64,000 bases of DNA from assembly GCA_000991575.1 (NCBI GenBank), contig LBRU01000004.1, positions 8,909-72,908 of the forward strand. The letters are read 5' to 3'. Positions within the stretch are counted from its first letter, which is position 1; each line of letters opens with the position of its first letter. This stretch comes from a candidate division TM6 bacterium GW2011_GWE2_36_25 (lineage in GTDB: Bacteria > Babelota > Babeliae > Babelales > UBA12409). This document shows, in pieces, positions 1-9,948 of this stretch. Both the position numbers and the translations under genes were made by a program. Under the pieces are notes generated by a model. The model had not been told where the DNA came from, did not search any database, and worked only from the letters and a program-made list of their open reading frames with translations.

Positions 1-509
1 GTTGTCCTGGAAAAGGTGTTACTGTTTTTAGTGTAAATAACATGCTTGTTGGTGTTGTGAGTTTGCAAGGGCGCGTTTTTTTTAGAGAGTTAACTGATTG
101 TCCATTTAGAACCATGCAAACCATTCTTTCTTATTTACGCCCACAAACAAATATTATTATCGTTGATTTTCACGCTGAGGCAACGGCGGAAAAGCAAGGC
201 TTGGCATTTTTCCTTGATGGCAAAGTAACAGCTGTTTTAGGAACTCATTCCCATGTTCAAACAGCTGATGAACGTATTTTGCCTGGAGGCACCGCTTTTA
301 TTTCTGATATTGGTATGGTTGGGGCATTAAATTCAATGATTGGATTTAAAAAGGAAAGCGCATTACGTGCAATGATGACGCAAATGCCGCATCGCTTTGA
401 AGTTGAAGATGAAGGGCCATTTGTTTTAGGTGGTGTGGTTTTGACGATCGACACAGAAACAGGGATGGCGAAAAAAATTGAGCGAATAAGGTTTGTTGCA
501 GATTTGTAA
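1..509 (+). CDS. ymdB: YmdB-type metallophosphoesterase (2',3'-cyclic-nucleotide phosphodiesterase family), 5'-truncated by the window edge
   Basis: Frame 3 is open from nt 3; CPGKGVTVFSVNN precedes the first Met of the listed ORF. The C-terminal half matches B. subtilis YmdB by eye: VDFHAEATAEK, GTHSHVQTADERILPGGTAFISDIGMVG, KIERI. Confidence 0.85.
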   Translation, partial: CPGKGVTVFSVNNMLVGVVSLQGRVFFRELTDCPFRTMQTILSYLRPQTNIIIVDFHAEATAEKQGLAFFLDGKVTAVLGTHSHVQTADERILPGGTAFISDIGMVGALNSMIGFKKESALRAMMTQMPHRFEVEDEGPFVLGGVVLTIDTETGMAKKIERIRFVADL

Positions 510-521
510 AGGTCTTTAAAG

Positions 522-1394
522 GTGTTTTTGTTATTACTTCTTTATTTATTGATCTCTTTTTCTTTTATTTTAAACAAAGAGTCACTTTCCTTTGCTCAGC
601 CGTTTTTTTTAGTTGGATTACGGCTTATCATTGCAGGATCCCTCCTTCTAATTTATTATAAATTCTTTCGCAAACAGCAGATCAACATAAAAAAGAAAGA
701 CTATTGGCTTTTTGCATTGGTAGCTTTGGCTGGTGCGTTTATTACAAATAGCTTTGATCTTTGGGCACTGCAATATATTTATACGGCAAAAGTCTCTTTG
801 ATTTATATGTTGTCACCATTTTTTGGAGCAGCCATATCATATATTTTTTTTAAAGAAAAACTTTCTCGCGCAAAATTTTTAGGGCTTCTTATCGGTTTAT
901 CAGGATTAATCATTTTATTAACAGGAAAAAATGGATCAGCTTATAATTTTTCATTAGCGGATATAGCGGTAGTTATTGCATCCTTAACTACCGTTGTTGG
1001 ATGGTCGGCAATGAAGGTGCTCGTTGATCGTCGATCATATAGTCCTATCTTAGTAAATGGAATTTCACTTTCTATTGGTGGGATATTTTCTATGATTGCA
1101 TCTATTATCGTTGAAGGATGGTACCCTTTGCCTGTGACAAATATCTTATATTGCTTGACCTTTGTTATAGCCGCTGCATTGGTTGCACATATTATTGCAT
1201 ATAATTTATATGCATACTTATTAAAACGATATACAATTGTATTTATGACATTTTCAAGTTTAAGTACGCCTCTTTTTACGGCAGTATTAAGTTATTTTTT
1301 ACTTGGTGAAAAAGTTTCTCATACATTCTTCATTTCGCTGATCTTGATCTTTGTTGGCATGTTTTTCTTTTATAAAGACGAATTAAAGGGTTGA
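522..1394 (+). CDS. EamA/DMT-superfamily transporter (10-TM, two EamA halves)
   Basis: 290 aa and highly hydrophobic. Paralogous to the next gene, with shared motifs (WALQYIYTAKVSLI, LLKRYT). GTG start at 522. Confidence 0.75.
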   Translation: MFLLLLLYLLISFSFILNKESLSFAQPFFLVGLRLIIAGSLLLIYYKFFRKQQINIKKKDYWLFALVALAGAFITNSFDLWALQYIYTAKVSLIYMLSPFFGAAISYIFFKEKLSRAKFLGLLIGLSGLIILLTGKNGSAYNFSLADIAVVIASLTTVVGWSAMKVLVDRRSYSPILVNGISLSIGGIFSMIASIIVEGWYPLPVTNILYCLTFVIAAALVAHIIAYNLYAYLLKRYTIVFMTFSSLSTPLFTAVLSYFLLGEKVSHTFFISLILIFVGMFFFYKDELKG

Positions 1395-1398
1395 AAAT

Positions 1399-2295
1399 AT
1401 GGTGTTGTTAATTTTAATGTATGCATTGTTTGGCTTAACATTTATTTTTGGTTCAACTGCAATGCAGAATGCTTCGCCCATTTTTTTTATTGCGCTGCGC
1501 ATGCTTATCTCTGGCGGCATAATGCTTTCTTATTTAAAATTTCGACGACAGTCTTTTAAGATTAATCGTTCTGATGTGAAACTCTTTTTTCTTTTGGCAT
1601 TGGTGCACATTTTAATTCCTTATGTTGGTGAATTTTGGGCATTGCAATATCTTACTGCTGCAAAAGTATCACTTATTTGGAGTTTGTCACCGTTTATTAC
1701 GGCCGTTTTTGCTTGGTTTATGTTTAAAGAGCGCATGACCGTTTTAAAATTTGTTGGTATGGCGATTGGTTTTCTTGGATTTATTCCGATTGTTATGCAT
1801 GAAGGAGCTAAGGAACAGGCGTTAACGTCACTTTTTCATGTTTCAACAGCAGACATTGCTTTAGTTATTGCCGTGATTTCAGCCGCTTTTGCATGGAGCA
1901 CCTTTAAAAAATTGCTTCATCGAGGGTATCGAGCATTAGTGATTAATGGATGGGCAATGTTGATTGGTGGTGGTTACTCATTAATATTATCGCCATTTTT
2001 TGAACCGTGGCATCCTTTTCCGGTAAAAAATTGGCCGATAACCATTGTCTGTTTATTTGCATTGGTATTGATTGGTGGTGTGATTTGTTACAATCTTTAC
2101 GGTTTTTTGCTTAAACGATATACCGTTACACTTCTCTCTTTTGCCGGTGGCGTTGTTCCATTTTTTACCGCTTTTTTTCAATGGATTATTTTACATCAAA
2201 AAGTAAGTTTTCCCTTTATTTTAAGCGTCATAATTATTTCTGTAGGTCTTTATATTTTTTATACTGAAGAACTGCGCCAGGGATATATAAAGTAA
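1399..2295 (+). CDS. EamA/DMT-superfamily transporter (tandem paralogue)
   Basis: 298 aa polytopic membrane protein. Motifs FWALQYLTAAKVSLIWSLSP and LLKRYTVT are shared with the upstream gene. A 4-nt gap separates the two genes. Confidence 0.75.
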   Translation: MVLLILMYALFGLTFIFGSTAMQNASPIFFIALRMLISGGIMLSYLKFRRQSFKINRSDVKLFFLLALVHILIPYVGEFWALQYLTAAKVSLIWSLSPFITAVFAWFMFKERMTVLKFVGMAIGFLGFIPIVMHEGAKEQALTSLFHVSTADIALVIAVISAAFAWSTFKKLLHRGYRALVINGWAMLIGGGYSLILSPFFEPWHPFPVKNWPITIVCLFALVLIGGVICYNLYGFLLKRYTVTLLSFAGGVVPFFTAFFQWIILHQKVSFPFILSVIIISVGLYIFYTEELRQGYIK

Positions 2296-2362
2296 TGTAC
2301 TTTTAGAGACAGTAAATTTTAAAAATTCCGTGAAAATAAAATAGCTTTTTAATCAATAGTTG

Positions 2363-3058
2363 TTATTTTAGATTACCGTTTTTTATGAGCTTGTTTTTTA
2401 TATTTTCAAAGTAATTGTAATATTCGCGCGGATCAGGATTTTCCAATAATTCGTCAGGACACCCTTCGATTGGAAGTAATTGAGGCGTCTTATTTCCCTG
2501 TACGCAGTAATAACCGATCGGAATTATTTTTTGCGAGTTACAATCGACTATTTTGATTTTATTATTGATACATTCATATCCGGCAGGCAATTGAGTTTGA
2601 TCATTGCAATGTGCATCATGTAAGTTTTTAACATCAAGAAAAATGGCACCTTTGAAATTGGCATTTTCAAAATGTGCATTTTTAACATTCGTTCTGCAAT
2701 AGTCACTACCACTACTTTGTGTATAACGCAAATCGGTATTTTCTAAGTTTGCACGCGACAGATAGAGGCCATTTAAGCTTGCATATCTTAAATCACTTCC
2801 CCCTAAATTCACACCTCTCAAATCGCTTCCATTTAAATTAGAGAAGGCAAAGTGAGAATTAGTTAAATTGGTTCCGTAGACGGCTTTTAAAAATGGTAGA
2901 TTAAATTCTTTTATTATACCCTCTTTCATATTAAGTTTGCTGAGATCACAATATTCACAATTTTTGGATGAAAGGGCTTGATAAAGATGATCAGGATTAT
3001 AGGTAAACAACAAAGATTTTGTAAATAAAATGCTCACGAATATAAATATTTTATTCAT
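2363..3058 (-). CDS. secreted pentapeptide-repeat protein
   Basis: N-terminal signal peptide (MNKIFIFVSILFTKSLLF). Runs of A(D/N)LxX pentapeptides (SNLNGSDLRGVNLGGSDLRYASLNGLYLSRANLENTDLRY). Cys-containing caps (CEYCDLS; C-terminal Cys-rich tail). Confidence 0.8.
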   Translation of the reverse strand: MNKIFIFVSILFTKSLLFTYNPDHLYQALSSKNCEYCDLSKLNMKEGIIKEFNLPFLKAVYGTNLTNSHFAFSNLNGSDLRGVNLGGSDLRYASLNGLYLSRANLENTDLRYTQSSGSDYCRTNVKNAHFENANFKGAIFLDVKNLHDAHCNDQTQLPAGYECINNKIKIVDCNSQKIIPIGYYCVQGNKTPQLLPIEGCPDELLENPDPREYYNYFENIKNKLIKNGNLK

Positions 3059-3609
3059 TATTCTTCCTGTTTTCTTACCTTGTTTTTTTCACATATATAT
3101 CCTTTGGGCAACTGTGTTTTATTGTTACATAAGGTATATTCCAGACGAGTTCCATTAAATATTGCTTCTCGTAGGTCAGCATCTGAAAGGTCCGCTTGCA
3201 TTAAATTGGTATTGGTAAAATCGGCAGTTACTAATTTAGTTCCGTAAAAGAAGGCTCCCATAAAGTTTGCATTAGTGAAATTTGATCCACTCGCATCAGC
3301 ACCACGTAAATTAGCTCCTTCTCCCGAAGCATTAGAAAAATTTGTTCCTGAAAGCCACGTGTCGACAAGTAATGTATTTTGTAATGATGAGCTAGACAAA
3401 TCTGCTCCCGTGATATCAGATCCTAAAAGGTTAGAGAAATTAAACTGCGATTCATTAAGTTTATAACCAGACAAATCAGTATGTGGACTAGCCCAAAAGC
3501 TTAAGTCGCACCTCAGGCACTCTTTGTTTTTCTTAAGATTAGCAACACTTTCATCAAGGAATGCTTGTAATGTCGTAATACTAAGTAATAAGAGTATTTT
3601 CGTTATCAT
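3058..3609 (-). CDS. secreted pentapeptide-repeat protein (paralogue)
   Basis: Start is probably Met9 (nt 3609), preceded by GGGGGTGAG. Signal peptide MITKILLLLSITTLQA. Repeats include SNLLGSDITGADLSSSSLQNTLL and ANLRGADASGSNFTNANF. Its stop shares 1 nt with the downstream start. Confidence 0.8.
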   Translation of the reverse strand: MITKILLLLSITTLQAFLDESVANLKKNKECLRCDLSFWASPHTDLSGYKLNESQFNFSNLLGSDITGADLSSSSLQNTLLVDTWLSGTNFSNASGEGANLRGADASGSNFTNANFMGAFFYGTKLVTADFTNTNLMQADLSDADLREAIFNGTRLEYTLCNNKTQLPKGYICEKNKVRKQEE

Positions 3610-3903
3610 TCTCACCCCCAACTTTAATTCCATTTAATCATATTTGAATTTTACGCTCAAAATCAATGTTTTAATTTTTTTAAGGGTTCAAAATCTATCG
3701 GGGAAGGCCTTTTATGAAGCAAGCCTTTGGCGCATAACGTCGAAGCTTTTCTTTTAGCTCTCTCCTTAAAATTTTTTCTCATTATTATCACCCACCATTT
3801 AATCGTCTCGTTCAATCAGTTTTTCCAGGAAGAAAAGACATAAAAAGACCTTTTTAAGAAAATTTGTTAAGCTTAATAAAAATATTTTTAACTGAGTTTT
3901 AAA

Positions 3904-5319
3904 ATGAATAAGTTATCAAATATAGAAAAAGATTTTGCGCAATGGTATCAAGATGTTATTTATGCAGCTGAATTAGTTGATGAGACGTCAGTGCGAGGAT
4001 GTTACGTTATTCGTCCTTACGCATGGAAAATGTGGGAGCTTATCCAAGCTTATTTAGATGCGCGCATTAAGGAAACAGGTCATCAAAATGCAGCATTTCC
4101 GTTGTTAATTCCTGAATCATTTATTAAGCGTGAAGCAGAGCACGTTGAAGGCTTTTCTCCGGAATTAGCAGTTGTTACGATGGCAGGGGGTAAAAAATTA
4201 GAGGAACCACTCGTTATTCGCCCAACATCTGAAACGACTATTCATCATTCTTTTTCTCGATGGATTAAATCATGGCGTGACTTACCTCTTAAAATAAATC
4301 AGTGGGCAAATGTTGTTCGGTGGGAAATGCGTTCGCGTCCATTCTTGAGAACAACTGAATTTTTTTGGCAAGAGGGGCATACTGCTCATGAGACTAAGCA
4401 AGAAGCAGAAACTGAAGTTCAATTGATGCTCAATGAATATGTCTCATTTATTCAAGGACAATTAGCAATACCTGTTATCATTGGCCAAAAAACAGAAGTG
4501 GAAAAGTTTGCTGGTGCGGAAAAAACTTATGCAGTTGAAGCTATCATGCCTGATGGTAAATCACTTCAGATGTGTACTTCACATTTATTGTCACAAAATT
4601 TTGCAAAAGCTTTTAATATTACCTTTCAAGATCGTGGAAAAACCCAATCATATCCATATTTGACCAGTTGGGGAATTACAACACGAGTAATTGGTGCGAC
4701 AATTATGGTTCATGGTGATCAAAAAGGGCTTATTATTCCACCCGCAATTGCACCAATACAGGTTGTCGTTGTACCAATTTATAAAAATGATGATGAAAAA
4801 GATGCGGTACAAGCTCACTATGATTTTATTAAGACGGCACTTGCAGATTTTCGTATCTCATTTGATGAGGATATGAGTAAAACTCCGGGTGCTAAATTTT
4901 ATCATTGGGAATTGCGTGGAGTTCCCATTCGCTTAGAAATTGGCAAACGTGACGCCGACAAAGAACAAGTGGTTTTAGTCAATCGATTAACGGGTGAAAA
5001 AAACATTGTTCCATTTGATAAATTATCGACAACCGTAAAAATGTTATTAGAAAAACTTCAAAAAGATCTATATCAACGAGCTCATGAAAAAATGGACAAA
5101 TTGGTCTTTGTAGGCGAGAAACTCTCTGAATTTGGACCAAAGATGGCTGATGAAGCGGGTGCTTATATTACCGGATGGTGTGGTGATCCTGCCTGTGAAC
5201 AGGAATTAAAAAAATATAAAGCATTTACCCGATGCCTTCTAGAAACACATAAGCTTTCACAATGCATGTGTTGTGGTAAATCAAGTAAACGTGATGTTTT
5301 AGTTGCCAAGTCTTATTAA
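3904..5319 (+). CDS. proS: prolyl-tRNA synthetase (archaeal/eukaryote-like short type without insertion editing domain)
   Basis: FAQWYQDVI...AELVD...VRGCYVIRPYAWKMWE; class II motifs (RPTSET, FLRTTEFFWQEGHTAH). C-terminal Cys-rich domain ending in Tyr. Confidence 0.92.
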   Translation: MNKLSNIEKDFAQWYQDVIYAAELVDETSVRGCYVIRPYAWKMWELIQAYLDARIKETGHQNAAFPLLIPESFIKREAEHVEGFSPELAVVTMAGGKKLEEPLVIRPTSETTIHHSFSRWIKSWRDLPLKINQWANVVRWEMRSRPFLRTTEFFWQEGHTAHETKQEAETEVQLMLNEYVSFIQGQLAIPVIIGQKTEVEKFAGAEKTYAVEAIMPDGKSLQMCTSHLLSQNFAKAFNITFQDRGKTQSYPYLTSWGITTRVIGATIMVHGDQKGLIIPPAIAPIQVVVVPIYKNDDEKDAVQAHYDFIKTALADFRISFDEDMSKTPGAKFYHWELRGVPIRLEIGKRDADKEQVVLVNRLTGEKNIVPFDKLSTTVKMLLEKLQKDLYQRAHEKMDKLVFVGEKLSEFGPKMADEAGAYITGWCGDPACEQELKKYKAFTRCLLETHKLSQCMCCGKSSKRDVLVAKSY

Positions 5320-5326
5320 ATTTTAA

Positions 5327-5357
5327 GGAGGCGATGTTCTCGCCCCCCTGTTTTTTT
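5327..5357 (+). terminator. rho-independent terminator after proS
   Basis: GGAGGCGA / TCGCCCCC stem (one mismatch) followed by a T7 run, 8 nt after the proS stop. Confidence 0.6.
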
Positions 5358-5479
5358 ACGTCCCAAGCTTAATAATTATTTAAGTAGTGGGTTTATTGCA
5401 AGAGTTTTATATAAATTTTTATGGCAGCTAAGTTTTCAGGAGAAACTATTCTTTTTCAAAGGATTAGGAAAAAACGAGC

Positions 5480-6523
5480 TTATTCATAAGAAAATAAAGG
5501 TATTTTTTTGCATTGTGCAAGAGAATGTGCTGTTTCTCCGTCGCAATTTTCAATCGTTAGATCGACGTCTAAAGTTAAAAGATAATGTACGGTTGCTCGC
5601 TTTTTTGCAAGAAGTGCTCGCATGATAGGAGTATTACCATAAACATCAATTGCATCTTTTTGAGCTCCCTGTTCGATCAAAGATTTTACTAAGGGTATAT
5701 TACCTTGAGTTACTGCTTGAAACAATTGTGTATTCAACTGGCTTACTTTTAACAGATAAAGAGATATCTTGTGAAAGGCAATAGATTTTTGTGCCGCAGA
5801 ATAAGCTTTTGGTGTTATGCGATAAACTTTATCATCAATGGCAACAAGATTGTTTTCAAAGAAATAGGCCGTTCTTCTTTTATGCCGCGACGTTGTATAG
5901 TCTTCAAGCTCTTTTACAGATATTTCCTTATATGGTTGATCAAAATAAGCAATTTTCTCTTCTAAACGAAATTCATCACTTAAAAATTCTCCAAAAAGGT
6001 GATCATCTTGCGATGAGCCTCCGGGAAAATCTTTTTCTTCAAGTAATGTTCGAGGAAAACCAAAACACTCAGCTTTTTTTAATTTTTCATAGCTATATTC
6101 TTCGGCCAGCATGCGCGCAGTTTTTCCGTGTATATTTCGAGTATGAAGATGTGCACCCCTTTGAAGAATAATTTTCACCGCATCTAAGTTTTTTCCCATA
6201 ACAGCATACATCAGAGCAGTTTCTCCATCGTCATTTTGCATAGTTTTATCCGCACCGTGTTTCATGAGTTCCTCAATGAAATACGGGTTGTTCGCAAATG
6301 CAGCAACCATTAAAGGTGTGATGCCATATTTACCCGCTTGATTAACATCAGCATCTTCTTCAAGTAATTTTTGAAAAAGTTCTGCATCTTCAATGATAAT
6401 CGCATCTATAAGTTGTGTTATCTCATTTTCATCACATGCTTTTTGAGAAGATTCTTCCATGCAAAACAGAGCGCCAAAGAAGAAAAAAAAGAGTGTTAGA
6501 TGAAAGAATTTTAATATTTTCAT
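5480..6523 (-). CDS. secreted ankyrin-repeat protein
   Basis: Signal peptide (LTLFFFFFGALFC). ANK units (GITPLMVAAFANNPYFIEELMKHGADKTMQNDDGETALMYAV; C-terminal GNTPIMRALLAKKRATVHYLL) flank a non-ANK middle region. Confidence 0.85.
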   Translation of the reverse strand: MKILKFFHLTLFFFFFGALFCMEESSQKACDENEITQLIDAIIIEDAELFQKLLEEDADVNQAGKYGITPLMVAAFANNPYFIEELMKHGADKTMQNDDGETALMYAVMGKNLDAVKIILQRGAHLHTRNIHGKTARMLAEEYSYEKLKKAECFGFPRTLLEEKDFPGGSSQDDHLFGEFLSDEFRLEEKIAYFDQPYKEISVKELEDYTTSRHKRRTAYFFENNLVAIDDKVYRITPKAYSAAQKSIAFHKISLYLLKVSQLNTQLFQAVTQGNIPLVKSLIEQGAQKDAIDVYGNTPIMRALLAKKRATVHYLLTLDVDLTIENCDGETAHSLAQCKKIPLFSYE

Positions 6524-6700
6524 ATCTATCCTAAAATGTCTCGGCTTGAATCAAACAAAAAGCCATCATGGAAATATGTCCCATTTGTAATTATGGCAGA
6601 AAGTTGAAAAATTGTCAAAAAAGATACGGTGATAGAAAATCTTTACATTGTAAAAATATGCTTATTTTTGGTATGCTCTTCAAAAATAGGTAGTGTCGTA

Positions 6701-7612
6701 ATGCATATTGAAAAGGCTGTCGCTGAATTTCGTTTGTGGATGATGACCCAAAAAAGAGCGTCGCGAAATACCGTTGATTCCTATATGAACGATTTAAAAC
6801 AGCTCGTATTATATTTTAGCAATAAGTCTTTGCATGATCTTTCTTATTTTAATAAATTTTTTTTCAGCACCTATTTAACATTCCTCAAGAGAGATATTCA
6901 GCTCTCTAATCGTTCAATAGCACGAAAAATAGCCGCAATTCGGTGTTTTCTTCTTTTTGTCAATGAATATCTTGGCGAATCTTTTGACCTTGATTTTTTA
7001 GTTGCACCTAAACAAGCGCATACGATACCGCAGGTGGTGAGTCAGGAAAATTTACAAAAGCTACGCGAGTTTTTGGAAGGGGACGTAACGAAAGAGGGAA
7101 GGCGAGGCAGATTGTTTTTTTATTTGTTATATGGAGTGGGTATGCGCGTAAGTGAGCTAGCGCAACTTACGTTATCCGACGTTTTCAAGGATCAATTCAT
7201 TGTTAAATTAAAGGGTAAGGGTGCAAAAGAGCGTCTGGTTCCCATAACTTTTAATTTAATGCACATAATTGACGATTATCTTGAAAACACTCGACCATTA
7301 TTCCTTCATTTTAAAAAAGGTGTCCTTGATTCAGAATTTCTTTTTCCGGTGATTTTTAAAAGCAAAGTTCAGCACGTCAATCGCCAAACCGTCTGGGCCT
7401 TTTTAAGTAGATTAGGAAAAATGTTTGACCTTAAACTTGCGCCACATAAATTACGTCATTCAATGGCAACACATCTATTATATAATGGAGCAGATTTGCG
7501 CTCATTACAAGTTATTCTTGGTCATGAACATTTAACAACGACGCAAATCTACACACATGTTGATAAAAAACAATTGCGTGAAACCTATAATAAAAAACAT
7601 CTTCGCCGCTGA
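6701..7612 (+). CDS. tyrosine recombinase, XerC/XerD family
   Basis: Catalytic R..HxxR..H..Y pattern: GMRVSEL, HKLRHSMATHLL, LGHEHLTTTQIYTHV. The start is most likely Met25 of the listed ORF (MHIEKAVAEF). Confidence 0.85.
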   Translation: MHIEKAVAEFRLWMMTQKRASRNTVDSYMNDLKQLVLYFSNKSLHDLSYFNKFFFSTYLTFLKRDIQLSNRSIARKIAAIRCFLLFVNEYLGESFDLDFLVAPKQAHTIPQVVSQENLQKLREFLEGDVTKEGRRGRLFFYLLYGVGMRVSELAQLTLSDVFKDQFIVKLKGKGAKERLVPITFNLMHIIDDYLENTRPLFLHFKKGVLDSEFLFPVIFKSKVQHVNRQTVWAFLSRLGKMFDLKLAPHKLRHSMATHLLYNGADLRSLQVILGHEHLTTTQIYTHVDKKQLRETYNKKHLRR

Positions 7613-7681
7613 AGGGAATCTTTTGAAGGATTCATGTTCATATGTTATGATTAACTTAATAATAATTTTTAAACATTGGCG

Positions 7682-8815
7682 ATGAAAATGGATCAAAATA
7701 GTTTTGTTGTTGAACAAAAAAAACTTTCTACGATTCTTGGCTCTATGCAAGCAATTTGCGCTAAAAGGACAACTCTTGATACAACGTCCTCAATCTTATT
7801 TCAAGCAGGACATAATGAGCTCGTACTCAAAAGCACCGACCTTGAGTTAAGCTTGCAATATAGTTGTGTGTTAGATGAAGATTCCACCATAGAAAATATC
7901 CAATTTTTAGTTCCTGGTCGACGCGTCTTTGAATTAACAAAAGAACTTGAAGGTGCTATTAATATTAATGTAAAAGATAATCAAATCGCGCTCAAATCTG
8001 GCAATGCAAGTCTTTCTTTAAACATTAAAGATGCACAAGAATTTCCACCATTCCCCGAGCGTATTGAAAATTTAATGGAAATAAAAACCGATGACTTGCT
8101 TTTTATGCTCGAAAAAGTCTCTTTTTTAATTCCACAGAACAATGCAAATCCAGCGCTTAATGGTCTATTAATAGAGATTGATAAACAGGGCATTAAAATG
8201 ACAGCTACCGATGGACACTGTTTATCGCAAGTGCAAATGGACTCTTATAAATTAGATGCTTCAAAAAAGTGGCTATTACCTCGTAGAGCAATCCTTGAAT
8301 TAAAAAAGATTATTGATACAAGCAATGATACAAAAATTTTTATCGGCATTTGTGGAAATCAATTAGTTTTTTCTGGTGAATCGTTTAATTTGTTCAGCAA
8401 GCTTCTCGTTGATGCATTTCCCGAGTACCAACAAATTTTAAACAGAGAAAACTTTATTGAGCGAGCAGTTCCAAAAGCTGATTTAATAAAAGCATTGAGA
8501 CGTTCTGCGTGCTTGCTTTCCGGACAATTTATTGCAACAGAATTTAATTTTGATAATGAAAAATTAGAAGTTGCTTTGCATAACAAAGAAGTTGGTAAAT
8601 TAAAAGAGACTTTAGCATTAACAAAGTCAAATACTGATAAGCTTGATATCCGATTTTATGCACCCTATCTATTGAGTGGCATTCAGGTACTTCCGGGTGA
8701 AACAGTCGGTTTCTGGTTACAAAACAATTCAAGACCAATTATTTTTGAAGCAGAAGAAAAAAAATGTCAGATGATTTTTTTGGTAATGCCTGTTTCACCA
8801 ATAAGTAATGACTAG
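7682..8815 (+). CDS. dnaN: DNA polymerase III beta sliding clamp
   Basis: Three-domain length (~377 aa). Typical N-terminus (L..L......I..K.T.......L) and MTATDGHCLS (ATDGHRL-like). Directly followed by recF. The start is ambiguous (TTG 7676, ATG 7682 or ATG 7688). Confidence 0.9.
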   Translation: MKMDQNSFVVEQKKLSTILGSMQAICAKRTTLDTTSSILFQAGHNELVLKSTDLELSLQYSCVLDEDSTIENIQFLVPGRRVFELTKELEGAININVKDNQIALKSGNASLSLNIKDAQEFPPFPERIENLMEIKTDDLLFMLEKVSFLIPQNNANPALNGLLIEIDKQGIKMTATDGHCLSQVQMDSYKLDASKKWLLPRRAILELKKIIDTSNDTKIFIGICGNQLVFSGESFNLFSKLLVDAFPEYQQILNRENFIERAVPKADLIKALRRSACLLSGQFIATEFNFDNEKLEVALHNKEVGKLKETLALTKSNTDKLDIRFYAPYLLSGIQVLPGETVGFWLQNNSRPIIFEAEEKKCQMIFLVMPVSPISND

Positions 8816-9900
8816 TGGCACACATTCAATCACTTGATATAAAAAATTTTCGGTGCTTTGATCATTTAAGCCTTACATTTGAAACGCCAATCGTTTTAAT
8901 TAAAGGCGAAAATGGAACGGGTAAAACGGCACTTCTCGAAGCACTCTATTTTTTATGTTACTTGCGTTCATTTAAAACGTATGCGCCACGGGAACTCATT
9001 CGTTTTAACCAAGATGGTTTTTTTATTCGCACCCATTTCATATTTGAAAATACCGAAACAGACCTTATTGAATTACAAGTCGGCGTAACACAACAGAAGA
9101 AATTAATAAAACTTAATAATAAACCTGCAAAAACATTTAACGATCTTTTAAGTTGCTTGCGTGTAGTCTCTTTAACTGAAAATGATTTACAGATTATTCA
9201 AGGAAGCCCTGAAGCGCGACGTTCATTTATTGATAATTATATATTTTTACAAGAACCAACATTTTCCCAAGAAATGAGAACTTATCGAGCAACACTTAAC
9301 CAACGAAATGCGCTTTTACAAAGAAAAATGCTCGATAATGATTTATACAAAATTTTAACCAAAAAATTGTGGACTTTATCAGATCGAATACAAAGACTGA
9401 GGACTGATTATTTAAAAAATCTCGAGACCGAAATTCAATTAATTCAATCTGAAAGTTTTTCAGAGCACTCTATAGATCTTGCTTACTTTTGCAAGAGACC
9501 ATTAAAAGAGAACTTTGAAAGTTTTTACCATTTTTATACTACGTTGCAAATAGAGGAAATTAAATATCAACGCTCATTATTTGGTATTCATTTGGATGAT
9601 TTATCAATACAGTTCCGAAAAAAAAGTGCGCGTGTTTATGCATCCAGAGGGCAACAAAAGCTTATAGCACTCTTTTTAAAAATTGCCCAGATAAAAGGCT
9701 TGATAAAAAAAGAGGGCCTCAGTATATTGTTATTGGATGACTTTATGACTGATTTTGATGAAGAGCGCATAAAGCAGGTTCTTCCGCTGCTTTTATCCTT
9801 GAAATGCCTTCTTTTCTTTACGTGTGCACAGAAAAAATCGTTCCTTGAAGAAGAATTAAACAAATATGGCGCTCAGATCGTCATATTGGAGAGGAAATAG
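8815..9900 (+). CDS. recF: DNA replication/repair protein RecF
   Basis: LDIKNFRCF...GENGTGKTALLEALYFL (Walker A); ABC signature region SRGQQKL; Walker B LLLDDF. The GTG start overlaps the dnaN stop by 1 nt. Confidence 0.9.
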   Translation: MAHIQSLDIKNFRCFDHLSLTFETPIVLIKGENGTGKTALLEALYFLCYLRSFKTYAPRELIRFNQDGFFIRTHFIFENTETDLIELQVGVTQQKKLIKLNNKPAKTFNDLLSCLRVVSLTENDLQIIQGSPEARRSFIDNYIFLQEPTFSQEMRTYRATLNQRNALLQRKMLDNDLYKILTKKLWTLSDRIQRLRTDYLKNLETEIQLIQSESFSEHSIDLAYFCKRPLKENFESFYHFYTTLQIEEIKYQRSLFGIHLDDLSIQFRKKSARVYASRGQQKLIALFLKIAQIKGLIKKEGLSILLLDDFMTDFDEERIKQVLPLLLSLKCLLFFTCAQKKSFLEEELNKYGAQIVILERK

Positions 9901-9948
9901 TTGCATCGCGCACATAGAAGAATATTAAATTTTCTAAAACTTTACTGC

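Noticed and set aside
6629-6700. 24-codon N-terminal extension of the Xer recombinase ORF.
   Set aside because: The extension is hydrophobic and unlike Xer N-termini. MHIEKAVAEF at 6701 matches the usual start of the core-binding domain.
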